IMG/VR virus record: IMGVR_UViG_2974518997_000001
Span: 33,758 to 97,757 of that record
DNA: 64,000 nt
Strand: one strand, 5' to 3'
DNA from: a virus
Lineage: Duplodnaviria > Caudoviricetes
In this document: positions 1 through 9,600 of the stretch, piece after piece
Layout of the letters: every line of letters begins with the position of its first letter
Position numbering within the stretch: position 1 is the first letter of the stretch
Translations under genes and position numbers: made by a program
The notes under the pieces: generated by a model
What the model was told of the DNA's origin: nothing
Seen by the model: the letters and a program-made list of their open reading frames with translations, nothing else
Databases searched by the model: none

Positions 1-1
1 G

Positions 2-319
2 GAAGACGGCACTATGGCCGCTCTCCCGACGGCGCTGGACCCGTACGACCACCTGCTCCTCGTCGACACCGCTCTGGCTCCGCCGCCCTCGGCGTGCGAG
101 CCGCGTATCATCGGCGACGCTGTCGAGTGGCAGGCCGCTCCCGGCAACGTGTTCCCCGCGAACACCGCCATCACCGCGTCTGACACGGCGAACGCCGCGA
201 AGCTCGCTGGCCTCGGGTACATCCCGAACCCGCGCGCACCGTGGGAGCCGACCGAGAAGATCACCATCGGCACGTTCGAGTTCAAGTGGACTGGAACCGC
301 CTGGGCCCCTTTCAGCTGA
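2..319 (+). CDS. C-terminal part of a virion structural protein, probably major tail protein (begins before the window)
   Basis: Frame open from window start; lies in the structural module; followed by an intergenic hairpin. Confidence 0.45.
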   Translation, partial: EDGTMAALPTALDPYDHLLLVDTALAPPPSACEPRIIGDAVEWQAAPGNVFPANTAITASDTANAAKLAGLGYIPNPRAPWEPTEKITIGTFEFKWTGTAWAPFS

Positions 320-445
320 GCCCCGGCTCAGGGTTCGGATTCGGCCCTTTCGGTCATGGACCGTTCGGACACAGCCCCGTCTGAGCCCTGAGCTCGGCGG
401 GGCTGTTCCCGTCTTGACACACATCCACCCGAGTAGGAGCCGGCG

Positions 446-1282
446 ATGCCGTACAACGAGAATCTCCCCGCGGAGAACACCGATCCCTGGTACACCCCGC
501 TCGTCGCGGTGTGGGCGAGTCTGCGGAACTTCGTCAACGGCCTCGAGTCGAGCCTGACGAGCCTGACGGCGGCCGTGGCGGCGAAGGCTGACACTGCTGC
601 GCTCACGGCGGGCCTCGCGGGCAAGATCGACACGTCCCAGCGGGGCGTGAACAACGGCGTGGCCACGCTCGACGCGCAGGGGAAGCTCCTGACGGCGCAG
701 CTGCCGGCGCTGGCGGTCACGGAGTACCTGGAGTCCTCGGCGAACCAGGCCGAGATGCTCGCGAAGGTCGGACAGACTGGCGACTGGACGATCCGAGCGG
801 ACCTGGGCACCGTCTGGGTCATCACTGGGGCGAATCCGACGCAGCTGGCCTCGTGGACGCAGCTCGGATACCCCTCGGCACCCGTCTCCTCGGTGAACGG
901 GAAGGCCGGGATCGTCGTTCTCTCGGCCGCCGACGTCGGAGCACTCTCGGCGACGGCCTTCGATGACTACGCAGCGACCTCGCTGGCCGCGTTCGAGGGT
1001 CTGGAAGCCACCGTGGCGACGAAGGCCGCCGAGGCGGACCTCACCGCGCTGCAGGGCACGGTCACCACGCTGCAGGGGACCGTCACGACCGTCGCGACGA
1101 ACTCCGACAACGCGTTCCAGACGGCGCAGGCCGCGCAGACGACGGCGAACGGCGCGATCCAGTCCGCTCAGATCATCGATGCGCAGAATGAGGTCGGCAT
1201 CGCTCAGGTGGCGTTCATCCCGAAGAACGGGACCGTTCCTGCGGGCGCAACGCCGTACACGCTCATCGTCGAGGACTCCTGA
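446..1282 (+). CDS. Virion structural or fibre-like protein
   Basis: 278 aa; NGVATLDAQGK and VSSVNGKAG motifs typical of phage fibre proteins; coiled-coil Ala/Thr-rich segments. Confidence 0.6.
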   Translation: MPYNENLPAENTDPWYTPLVAVWASLRNFVNGLESSLTSLTAAVAAKADTAALTAGLAGKIDTSQRGVNNGVATLDAQGKLLTAQLPALAVTEYLESSANQAEMLAKVGQTGDWTIRADLGTVWVITGANPTQLASWTQLGYPSAPVSSVNGKAGIVVLSAADVGALSATAFDDYAATSLAAFEGLEATVATKAAEADLTALQGTVTTLQGTVTTVATNSDNAFQTAQAAQTTANGAIQSAQIIDAQNEVGIAQVAFIPKNGTVPAGATPYTLIVEDS

Positions 1283-2856
1283 TGCCGGTTCCCCAGCTCC
1301 TCGCGGCTCCCGCTGCGCGCGGTGGCCAGGGCGACATCATCACCGCAGACTTCACCACGTTCCTGCCCGCCGTCAATGGGCATGTGCGGATCATGGCGGG
1401 CCGCTCGCAGGGCACCGTTCCCGCGGACATCACGCCGCCCGCCGGCTGGGCGCGCGCGGGCACATCAGGCACCGCCCCGGTGAACGACCGATTCACCGGC
1501 ATCTTCTTCAAGCGAATCACCGACGCACTGACCGAGCCTGACACAGTGGCGTTCTCGGGCGTCTCCGCGGGCGCGAACAGCCGCCTCGAGAGTGCCACTC
1601 TCGTCGTGACCGGCGTCGACCCGGCATTCGTGAACGACGCGGGCCTGCGCTACCGGCCTGACGCGTTCCTCCCGAGCATCACCGTGCCCGAGGTGCCGGC
1701 TCTGCTCATCGCGATTTGGGCGGCGGAGTTCACCGCGGGCGTCTCGGTCATCCCGAACAGCGTCCCTGCAGGGCTGACGGTGCGCCTCATCACGCAGACC
1801 GCGGGCGGCTCGAACCCGGCACCCGTGCTGGACAACTCGGTCACCACTGGCTCGCGCACGGGCCTGATCGTCGCGACGATGGAACTCCCGGCGGGCTCCT
1901 CGAAGGTCATCCCCGACATGACGATGGGCTGGGCGAGCGCTCCGACGTCGATCAAGTCGGCGTCGATGGTGCTGCGCGGTGCTCCCGAGGAGGGCATCGG
2001 CGTCCCGGTGAAGCGCGGCAACGGTGCGGCTGCCAAGCTCTCGTTCCTGAACGGCGCGGGCGTGCGCAAGGCTCCGACTCGGGCGGCCATCTGGCTTCCC
2101 GGGTTCGCTGACGTCGAGCAGCTGCTCGCCACCCCGGGCGCGACGATGGCGCACCGCGGAGGGTCGGCGAACTGGCCGGAGTTCTCCGAGGTGGCCTACG
2201 ACCGCTCGGTGTTCCGCGACTATGGTCTGCTCGAGTTCTCGTGCGGGTGGACGAGCGACCTCGTGCCCTTCGGCCTCGGGGATCAGTACCTCGACAGCGC
2301 GGCAGGCGTGACGGGCAGCATCGATCCGAACACGCTCACCTGGGCGCAGATCGCCTCGACCTACCAGAACAAGCTCCGGCCGATCCAGAGCGGCGTCTTC
2401 CAGCCGTTCTACCGCCTCGAGCAGTTCCTGGAGAAGTACACCCCGCACCACGTCGTCGCCGTCGACCCGAAGTTCGGGTGGAACACCCCGGCGAAGTACA
2501 ACGCGATGCTGGACATCTGCGACGCGCATGGCGGCCCGGACAAGATCGTGATCAAGTTCGACTCTCCGGTGAACCTCCACGGCCTGATCGACGCTGCGCA
2601 CCTGCGCGGCTACATCGGCATGAACTACTGGGGCACGGAGCCTGAGAAGCTCACTCCGACGTACGGCACCGACCGCTGGGATCTGATCGGCATCCGCTAC
2701 GACGCCGTGCAGTCGACGTACGACGCGGCGATCGCGATCGGCAAGCCGGTGTGGGCCGCGGTCATCCCGACGCAGGCCGGGTACGACCTGGCAGCGACGC
2801 AGGGTGCCGACCTCATGATGTGCTCGAACGTCGCGGGCATCGCACCTGTATCCTGA
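1282..2856 (+). CDS. Structural protein with C-terminal glycerophosphodiester phosphodiesterase (GDPD)-like domain
   Basis: AHRGG...PE motif and C-terminal GADLMMCSN; start overlaps upstream stop (TGATG). Confidence 0.7.
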   Translation: MPVPQLLAAPAARGGQGDIITADFTTFLPAVNGHVRIMAGRSQGTVPADITPPAGWARAGTSGTAPVNDRFTGIFFKRITDALTEPDTVAFSGVSAGANSRLESATLVVTGVDPAFVNDAGLRYRPDAFLPSITVPEVPALLIAIWAAEFTAGVSVIPNSVPAGLTVRLITQTAGGSNPAPVLDNSVTTGSRTGLIVATMELPAGSSKVIPDMTMGWASAPTSIKSASMVLRGAPEEGIGVPVKRGNGAAAKLSFLNGAGVRKAPTRAAIWLPGFADVEQLLATPGATMAHRGGSANWPEFSEVAYDRSVFRDYGLLEFSCGWTSDLVPFGLGDQYLDSAAGVTGSIDPNTLTWAQIASTYQNKLRPIQSGVFQPFYRLEQFLEKYTPHHVVAVDPKFGWNTPAKYNAMLDICDAHGGPDKIVIKFDSPVNLHGLIDAAHLRGYIGMNYWGTEPEKLTPTYGTDRWDLIGIRYDAVQSTYDAAIAIGKPVWAAVIPTQAGYDLAATQGADLMMCSNVAGIAPVS

Positions 2857-2875
2857 CCTCGAGGAGAGGACTCAC

Positions 2876-3766
2876 ATGCTCGAGCTCTGTGACTGGCCGA
2901 TCGACTACGCGGGATGCGGCGCGACGCCCGGCGATCCCACGGCGAACCCGCCGAAGCCTCCGTCGACGGGAGTTGCACTCCTCGATGACATGACGCCGGA
3001 GCAGCGCGCGATCTGGGAGCGCATGGCCAGCGAGTTCCTCTGGAACTGGACGAACCGCGTCTTCGGGACGTGCCCGGTGGCGCTGCGTCCGTGCACCTCG
3101 AACTGCGGGAGCTGGGAGAAGTACCGCTCGAGCTTCTGGGGACGCGGGCCGTTCCCGTGGCAGGGCAGCTGGGACGGCGGCTCCTGGGTGCCGGTGCTGA
3201 TCGGTGGCCAGTGGTACAACATGACCTGCGGCTGCGTCTCCTCGTGCAAGTGCTCGATCGAGGGTCCCGCCTCGCTCGCACTGCCGGGTCCGGTGGCGAC
3301 CGTGCTGCAGGTGAAGGTCGACGGCGTGACGCTCCCTTCGAGCAGCTACCGCGTGATGTACAAGCGCTTCCTCGTGCGCACCGACGGCGGCGTGTGGCCG
3401 GCGTGCCAGGATCTGCTGGCGGACCCCGATCAGCCTCCCTCGGACACGAACGGCTCCTCGTTCGAGGTGATCTACAACCGCGGCATCGAGGTGCCGATCG
3501 GAGGACAGCTCGCGGCGGGCATGCTGGCGGCAGAGTTCGCGAAGGCGGGCTGCAACGACCGCTCGTGCCAGCTCCCGCGGCGCATCAAGACGATCGTGCG
3601 CCAGGAAGTTACCGTCGACCTGATGGACAGCTTCGACTCGATCAAGGAGGGCGGCACGGGTATCTGGATCATCGACAGCTGGGTGCAGAGCGTCGTGGCT
3701 CCTCGGCCGTTCGCCTCGGTCCGCTCGGTCGATGTGAAGCCGAAGGTGAGCACTCATGGCTGGTAG
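2876..3766 (+). CDS. Head-to-tail adaptor
   Basis: GAGGAG RBS; Cys-rich; LPxRI..IVRQ.V and TGIW.IDSW motifs typical of actinophage adaptors; synteny. Confidence 0.65.
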   Translation: MLELCDWPIDYAGCGATPGDPTANPPKPPSTGVALLDDMTPEQRAIWERMASEFLWNWTNRVFGTCPVALRPCTSNCGSWEKYRSSFWGRGPFPWQGSWDGGSWVPVLIGGQWYNMTCGCVSSCKCSIEGPASLALPGPVATVLQVKVDGVTLPSSSYRVMYKRFLVRTDGGVWPACQDLLADPDQPPSDTNGSSFEVIYNRGIEVPIGGQLAAGMLAAEFAKAGCNDRSCQLPRRIKTIVRQEVTVDLMDSFDSIKEGGTGIWIIDSWVQSVVAPRPFASVRSVDVKPKVSTHGW

Positions 3767-4334
3767 CCCGCTTCCGTGGCCGACCCCGATCCAGCACTCG
3801 ATCTCCGAGGCGATGGACTGGGTCGGATCCGCGCTCTGGGACATCGTCGAGCAGGCGAAGAACGCTCTCGTGCCGACGCCGCAGCGTGTGATCCACATCA
3901 CGCCTGGTCGGCAGGTGCCGTGGGACCCGGAAGCAGCGTGCGGCATCGTCGGTGGCCGCGTGCTGACGATGACGCCGATCACCGGCCCGAAGGGTTCGAC
4001 GAACCTGCCCTGCGGCGTGGTGGAGTACGTGGCCACGGTCGGCATCCAGGTGGCGCGCTGCATCGCGACGGTGAACGACTCCCTGCAGGCTCCGACCGCG
4101 CAGGAGATCGACATGGACGGGCTGCAGATGACCCGCGACATGGCGAACCTGCTGCAGGTCATCCAGTGCCACTCGGCCGTGCGCACGATCGGCGCGTGGA
4201 ACCCGTACGGTGCGATGGGTGGCATGGCCGGCGGGGAGTGGACCTTCCAGCTGCGGATCCCGGTGTGCCCGTGCGGTCCGTCGATGAACCCGACCGGGGT
4301 TCAGACCTCCTCGGTGGACGGACTCTCCGCCTGA
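3756..4334 (+). CDS. Head-tail joining or tail terminator-like protein
   Basis: Synteny; C-terminal PYGAMGGMAGGEW motif; overlaps the adaptor gene. Confidence 0.5.
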   Translation: MAGSPLPWPTPIQHSISEAMDWVGSALWDIVEQAKNALVPTPQRVIHITPGRQVPWDPEAACGIVGGRVLTMTPITGPKGSTNLPCGVVEYVATVGIQVARCIATVNDSLQAPTAQEIDMDGLQMTRDMANLLQVIQCHSAVRTIGAWNPYGAMGGMAGGEWTFQLRIPVCPCGPSMNPTGVQTSSVDGLSA

Positions 4335-4342
4335 CGATTGGT

Positions 4343-4377
4343 GTGCTACACTCGTAACACGGAAGGAAGGGCCTTCC
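4343..4377 (+). promoter_or_regulatory. Extended -10 promoter (GTGCTACACT) plus 5' AAGGG-loop hairpin, copy 1
   Basis: TGnTACACT, then GGAAGG-AAGGG-CCTTCC at 4361-4377. Confidence 0.75.
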
Positions 4378-4396
4378 AGAATGAGGTATCACACAA

Positions 4397-4669
4397 ATGA
4401 ACGCATACACCGTCGACAATTCGCGCGCTGCGTGGGAAATCCGCAAGAATGCGATCGCGCTGGAATCACGCAGAGCTGGGGACGTCGCGCCGGGCGATCA
4501 CGTTCGATTCAACAACGCTCATGTCCGCGTGGTTCGGGACGTCGTCGCTGAAAACGGCAAGGTCAAGATTTTCGTGCACGACAGCAACGGAATGTGGTGG
4601 CTCGACGCCGATCACATGCTGGACATCGTGGCGGAGTCCGTGCCGGTCGGGGTCGGCTGGGTTCGCTGA
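4397..4669 (+). CDS. Hypothetical protein (self-contained cassette inside the tail module)
   Basis: GAGG RBS; own promoter and terminator. Confidence 0.7.
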   Translation: MNAYTVDNSRAAWEIRKNAIALESRRAGDVAPGDHVRFNNAHVRVVRDVVAENGKVKIFVHDSNGMWWLDADHMLDIVAESVPVGVGWVR

Positions 4670-4680
4670 GAATCACACTG

Positions 4681-4712
4681 AGCCCGTCACGGTACGCCGT
4701 GGCGGGCTTTTT
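4681..4712 (+). terminator. Rho-independent terminator
   Basis: AGCCCGTCACGG...CCGTGGCGGGCT followed by a T run. Confidence 0.8.
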
Positions 4713-4727
4713 CACGTCCTCACCGGT

Positions 4728-4766
4728 GTGCTACAGTGGTAACACGAGCTGGGAAGGGCCCAGCTC
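4728..4766 (+). promoter_or_regulatory. Extended -10 promoter (GTGCTACAGT) plus 5' AAGGG-loop hairpin, copy 2
   Basis: GAGCTGGG-AAGGG-CCCAGCTC at 4746-4766. Confidence 0.75.
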
Positions 4767-4781
4767 AGAACGGAGCATCAC

Positions 4782-5111
4782 ATGAACACCGCAACACGTA
4801 GCACGGACGTCGACCGCCTTCACGGCGAGCTGAGCGAAGAGCTGTCGATCTTCGCAGTTCGTGAGAACGCCGGGACGTTCATTTGGCACGGCTGGGGCCA
4901 CACGCCGCAGGGCATCGGCGGGATCGCATTCGCCTGTGGCACGGAATTCCCGGTGGAGGCCGAGTCGCCGAAGCGCTTCAAGCGCATCTACAAGACGTGC
5001 CCGGATTGCTTGCGAGCACTCGATGACATGGCCGACGCGATCCGGCAAGCCAACGCTCGAATCGAGGCGGCGGCGGAATCACGGCCGGCGCGCGTCACGC
5101 GGGTGAAGTAA
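4782..5111 (+). CDS. Hypothetical protein with H/C and CxxC residues (possible Zn binding; cassette gene)
   Basis: GGAG RBS; own promoter and terminator. Confidence 0.7.
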   Translation: MNTATRSTDVDRLHGELSEELSIFAVRENAGTFIWHGWGHTPQGIGGIAFACGTEFPVEAESPKRFKRIYKTCPDCLRALDDMADAIRQANARIEAAAESRPARVTRVK

Positions 5112-5123
5112 GGATCACACCAG

Positions 5124-5157
5124 TGAGGGCTCCTCGTTCGCGAGGGGCCCTCATTTT
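5124..5157 (+). terminator. Rho-independent terminator
   Basis: TGAGGGCTCCTCG-TTCG-CGAGGGGCCCTCA-TTTT. Confidence 0.8.
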
Positions 5158-5288
5158 GCGTGATGCACTCGTACCACGTCCCCATGCCTGCGAGCACGCG
5201 TACGGAGCGCACAGCGCATCCTGCAGGGTCTGACGCAGATCACGCTGACGCTACCCATGCCCTCGCTCGTAGACTGATCCCAGGATCG

Positions 5289-5376
5289 TGATTCATTCCT
5301 TTCCTCTTTCCTCCTCTCCCTCCCCCGTAGGGGAGGGAGGAGGAGAGGAATAGAGGAATTAGGGAAAGAGGAATCG
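5289..5376. repeat. Polypyrimidine/hairpin/polypurine inverted-repeat element, copy A
   Basis: 5289-5314 is the exact reverse complement of 41073-41098. Confidence 0.8.
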
Positions 5377-5780
5377 TGGGCGGCGCGCACATCAAGATCA
5401 ACTCCTCGAGGTGGGATCGCATTGTCACGCGCGCGATCGGCGCATCGACGGACCGCGCGGTCACGCGACAGAAGGGCAAGCTGCGCGACGAGGTCTACCG
5501 CGCGGGGCGCGTGCAGTCCGGCCGCATGGCGAACGAGTGGGAGCACACCGAGATCCCGGCGCTCACTCCGCGCGGGAAGCGCTACGCGATCTGGTCGCCC
5601 TTCGAGTACACCAAGTACCAGAACGACGGCACCCGGGGATCGAAGCCGATCCCGCCGAGGAAGGCCCTTCGGATCCCCGTCGGCGGCGGTGCGATCTTCC
5701 GCACGAAGTCCGGCCCGATCACCGCGGCGCGCTTCATGCAGCGGGCGTCCGGCTCGATGACTGTGAGCGACTGGTTGTAG
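5376..5780 (+). CDS. Neck or tail-completion protein (HK97 gp10-like position)
   Basis: Basic 134 aa; EYTKYQNDGT resembles the YA.YVE.GT motif; synteny. Confidence 0.55.
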   Translation: MGGAHIKINSSRWDRIVTRAIGASTDRAVTRQKGKLRDEVYRAGRVQSGRMANEWEHTEIPALTPRGKRYAIWSPFEYTKYQNDGTRGSKPIPPRKALRIPVGGGAIFRTKSGPITAARFMQRASGSMTVSDWL

Positions 5781-5785
5781 CTCAG

Positions 5786-5802
5786 GTAGCGTAGTACGCT
5801 AC
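5786..5802 (+). promoter_or_regulatory. Palindrome GTAGCGTA-G-TACGCTAC containing a -10 (TACGCT) for a likely leaderless tail chaperone mRNA
   Basis: Perfect 17-bp palindrome; TANNNT 7 nt before ATG 5808; no SD sequence. Confidence 0.5.
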
Positions 5803-5807
5803 GTCGC

Positions 5808-6182
5808 ATGGAACTCATCGAAATCGAAGCCAAGGCCGCCGAGCTCATCCCGATCAAGCTCGTGGGCGTGCAGTACCTCATCAACCCGCCCAAGACCTCG
5901 CTGACGATGGATATGGCTGACACCATGGGCAGCTTCACGGCGAAGAAGCTCGACGAGAACGCGTCGGACGCCGAGAAGCAGCAGGCCATGAAGGAGAGCC
6001 GCAAGGCCTCGAAGAAGACCCGCGAGGCGCTGAACACGTGGATGCTCCAGGCGTTTGGTGCGGACGGCTTCCAGGAGATCCAGAAGCGCCTGAAGGACCC
6101 GCTCGACAAGCTCGACATCGAGCACGTCATGGAGCTGATGAACGCCGTCGCGGAGGCGAAGACGGGAAACCCTACTACGTGA
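5808..6182 (+). CDS. Tail assembly chaperone (gpG-like)
   Basis: Upstream of tape measure; ends just after slippery G GGA AAC. Confidence 0.85.
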   Translation: MELIEIEAKAAELIPIKLVGVQYLINPPKTSLTMDMADTMGSFTAKKLDENASDAEKQQAMKESRKASKKTREALNTWMLQAFGADGFQEIQKRLKDPLDKLDIEHVMELMNAVAEAKTGNPTT

Positions 6183-6520
6183 TCTACCGCTACGGCCAGA
6201 TCGCCCTCGAGAACTGGGCTGATCTGGACGGCTATGCGGTAGGTCACAACATGCCTGACCTCCGGTCCCTCCCGCTCGAGCGCTTCTGCAACTGGATGTG
6301 GTGGATGCTCACCAAGAACGCGAAGAACGAGCAGGAGAAGGAGAAGCTGCGCGCGAAGATCTGGCGACCGCCTCCCGAGCAGCTGAAGAAGTCGGTTCCG
6401 ATCGACAAGAGGTCGCCGTGGAGCGCGGAGAACGAGATGAAGGCGTTCGGCGCTCTGAAAATGCAGCTGATGCCCAGCGCCCCGCCGAAGCCGAGCGCCA
6501 CGCCGGAGGCTGTGTCGTAA
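6164..6520 (+). CDS. Tail assembly chaperone -1 frameshift extension (gpGT-like)
   Basis: GGGAAAC at 6164-6170; -1 frame reads GKPYYVIY... to stop at 6520. Confidence 0.85.
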   Translation, partial: GKPYYVIYRYGQIALENWADLDGYAVGHNMPDLRSLPLERFCNWMWWMLTKNAKNEQEKEKLRAKIWRPPPEQLKKSVPIDKRSPWSAENEMKAFGALKMQLMPSAPPKPSATPEAVS

Positions 6521-6619
6521 TACACTGACGGGGAGAGCCGTGATGACGACCCGCTCTCCTCGTCTATGATCCGCTCGCTGGCCTTGGGCCGGAGCCTCCC
6601 GCGATAGGAGGCTTCACCC

Positions 6620-9600
6620 ATGTCCATGGGCGGATCAGTCGGCGACGCGTATATCGAGATCGGTGCTGAGGACGACACCACCGCCGACCTCGCGAAGATC
6701 AGCAAGAAGCTGGTCTCCACGCTCGCCGCCGCTAGCGATCGCGCCGGGCGCGAGATGCAGAAGCGCTTCGCGGACTCCGCCGACAAGGCGGGCGACTCGA
6801 TGGTGCGGCATCTGCAGGATGACTTCCAGCGGATCCAGCACGACATCGACAAGCTCACCGAAGACCAGATCATCAAGATGGAGGCCGAGCTTCACTCGAC
6901 GGCCGCCCGAGCGGAGCTGCTCTGGCTCGCTCGAGATCGTGTGGTCGACCTCTGGGTGAACATCAAGGGCAACGCGGCCGCGGAGCTGACGGCGATCGCG
7001 AAGGGCCTCTCAGGCGTCTCGACGATCACCGCCTGGAAGGACGCGCTGATCGGCATGGCGTCCTCGATGCCGCAGCTGATCACCCGGTTCGCCGCCCTCG
7101 GGGGAGCGATCGCGGCCATCGTCGCGCCGATCATGAACGCGATGTCGGCGATCGCGCCGCTCGCATCCTCCCTCGGTCAGATCTTCCCGCTGATCCTCGC
7201 GGGCCCTGCGGTGTTCTCGGCGTTCGCCGCGCAGATCGCTGTCGTCGCCATGGCCTTCTCCGGACTCGCGGACGCGGTGGGCCCTGCCGGCCAGCGCGCG
7301 AGCGAGGTCATGACCCAGCTCGGCGACCGGTTCAAGGACCTGCAGAACGTCGTCCAGGAGAACTTCTGGGCGAACTTCATCGACGGCTTCGAGCGGGTCA
7401 CGGGCGCGCTCATGCCGCAGCTGGAGTCGGGCCTGTCGAGCCTCGCCAGCGTGATGGGTAGTGCCTTCTCGGGCGTCGCCGACGCGATCGCCGCGCAGCT
7501 GGGTGACAGCGGCCTGGACACCTTCTTCCAGAACGTCTCGCAGGGCGTGACGAACGCGGCACCGGGTCTCGCGGCCTTCGCTGCAGCGTTCACCCGGATC
7601 ATGGAGCAGGGCGCGACGCTGCTGCCCGCCTTCGGTGACTGGATCACGAAGATCGGCAACCAGTTCAACAACTGGGCGCAGAACGCGGACATCGCCGGTC
7701 TCATCGAGAACGCCGCCGTGCAGATGGGTCACCTCTGGAACGTGGCGAAGGAGCTGTGGGGCGTCCTCTCGGGCATCTTCACCGCGATGGACATCGGCAA
7801 GTCGACAGGCCTCGAGTCGCTGGCGGCCACGCTCGGCAAGATCAGCGACATCGTGAACGGCGCGAGCTTCCAGAGCGCGATGTACGTGGTCTTCGCGGGC
7901 GCGGCCGAGGGTGCCTCCCGCCTCTCGGATGCGCTCATCCCGATCGGTGAGTCGCTCGAGCGGCTCGCACCGCTGATCAGCAATGCCCTCTCCCAGCTGG
8001 CTGGAGGGGCCGCTGACGCGCTCATCGGCATCTTCGACGCCCTGGCCCAGCCCATCGCTATGGACGGCCTCCAGGCTGCCATCGACGGTCTCTCCGGCCT
8101 GATGACGAACATCGACTGGGGAGCGGCTGGCGTCGCCGTTGGCGCGATCGGCTCGGCGATCGGCACGCTCGCCCCGCTCGTGACGAACCTGGTGAACGCG
8201 CTGCTCCCGCTCGTCGGCCCGATCGTGGACGGCCTCGCGGGCGTCGGCGCGGTGCTGATGACGCTGCTCACCCCGGTCGTGCAGCTGATCGGTCCGCTCA
8301 TCGCGACCGAGGGCGCGGTCATGGCGATCGTCGGAGCCTTCGTGCTCTGGAAGGGCATCTCGGCGATCATCACCGGCGTGCAGGCCGCGATGCTGGCGTA
8401 CCGAGGGATCATGATCGGCGTCACCGCGGCGCAGACGGGCATGACCGTCGCGCAGAACGCGGGCAAGGCCTCGATGATCGGCTTCGCGGCCACCACGATC
8501 GCGCAGGGCGTCGCCGCTGCAGCGAGCTGGGTCGCGAGCATGGTCCGCATGGGCGCTGCAGCTGTCGCTCAGGCCGCGGTGGCCGCCGGTGCGTGGCTGG
8601 CGCAGACCGCTCGGGTGCTCTCGTACGTGGTCGTGAACGGCACCGCGCTGGCGCTGTCCTGGATCGGCAACATGGTGAAGATGGGCGCGGCCGCTGTCGC
8701 GCAGGCAGCCGTCGCCGCGGGAGCGTGGATCGCGGGCGTCGCGCGCACGGTCGCCGCGCTCGCGGTGCAGGCGGCAGCGTTCGTCGCGCAGAAGGCTGTG
8801 ATGGTCGGCATGCAGGTCGCCACGGCGGCCGCGACGGCTGCGCAGTGGCTCTTCAACGCCGCTCTCTCGGCGAACCCGATCGGCATCATCATCACCCTGA
8901 TCGCGGCGCTCGTCGCCGGTCTCGTGTGGTTCTTCACGCAGACCCAGCTCGGCCAGGAGATCTGGTCGAACTTCATGACGTGGCTGCAGGAGGCGTGGAC
9001 GAACATCTCCACGTTCTTCTCGGAGTTGTGGACGAACATCACCACCTTCTTCTCCGAGGCGATCAACAACATCGTCTCCTTCGTCACGGACAACTGGGGC
9101 CTCCTCCTCTCCCTCCTCATCGGCCCGATCGGTCTCGCGATCCAGTGGATCACCGAGAACTGGGACGGCATCATGAAGTGGCTCAACGAGGTCATCACCG
9201 GCTTCGTCAGCTGGTGGAACGACACGTGGACCGCGGTCGGGCAGTTCATCTCGGACGTGTGGACGAACATCGTCACGTGGGTCACCGACACGTGGAACGG
9301 CTTCATTTCCTGGATAACCGGGATCATCAACACCTTCGTGTCGAACTGGAACCGGACCTGGACGGCCGTCGGCCAGTTCATCTCGGATGCCTGGAACCGG
9401 CTCGTCGCGACGGTGCGCGCGGTCTGGAACCAGTGGATCTCCTGGATCAACGCGGTGATCGCGACCTTCGTCGCCTTCTGGAACCGGACGTGGACCAACG
9501 TCGGAAACTTCATCCGCGACGCGTGGAACAACATCGTGGACGCGGTAACTTCGGCATGGAACCGCTTCTGGGCGACCCTCAGCGCGGGCATCGCGGTCTT

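Noticed and set aside
414-445. TTGACA at 414 as a sigma-A -35 element
   Set aside because: No TANNNT at 16-18 nt spacing.
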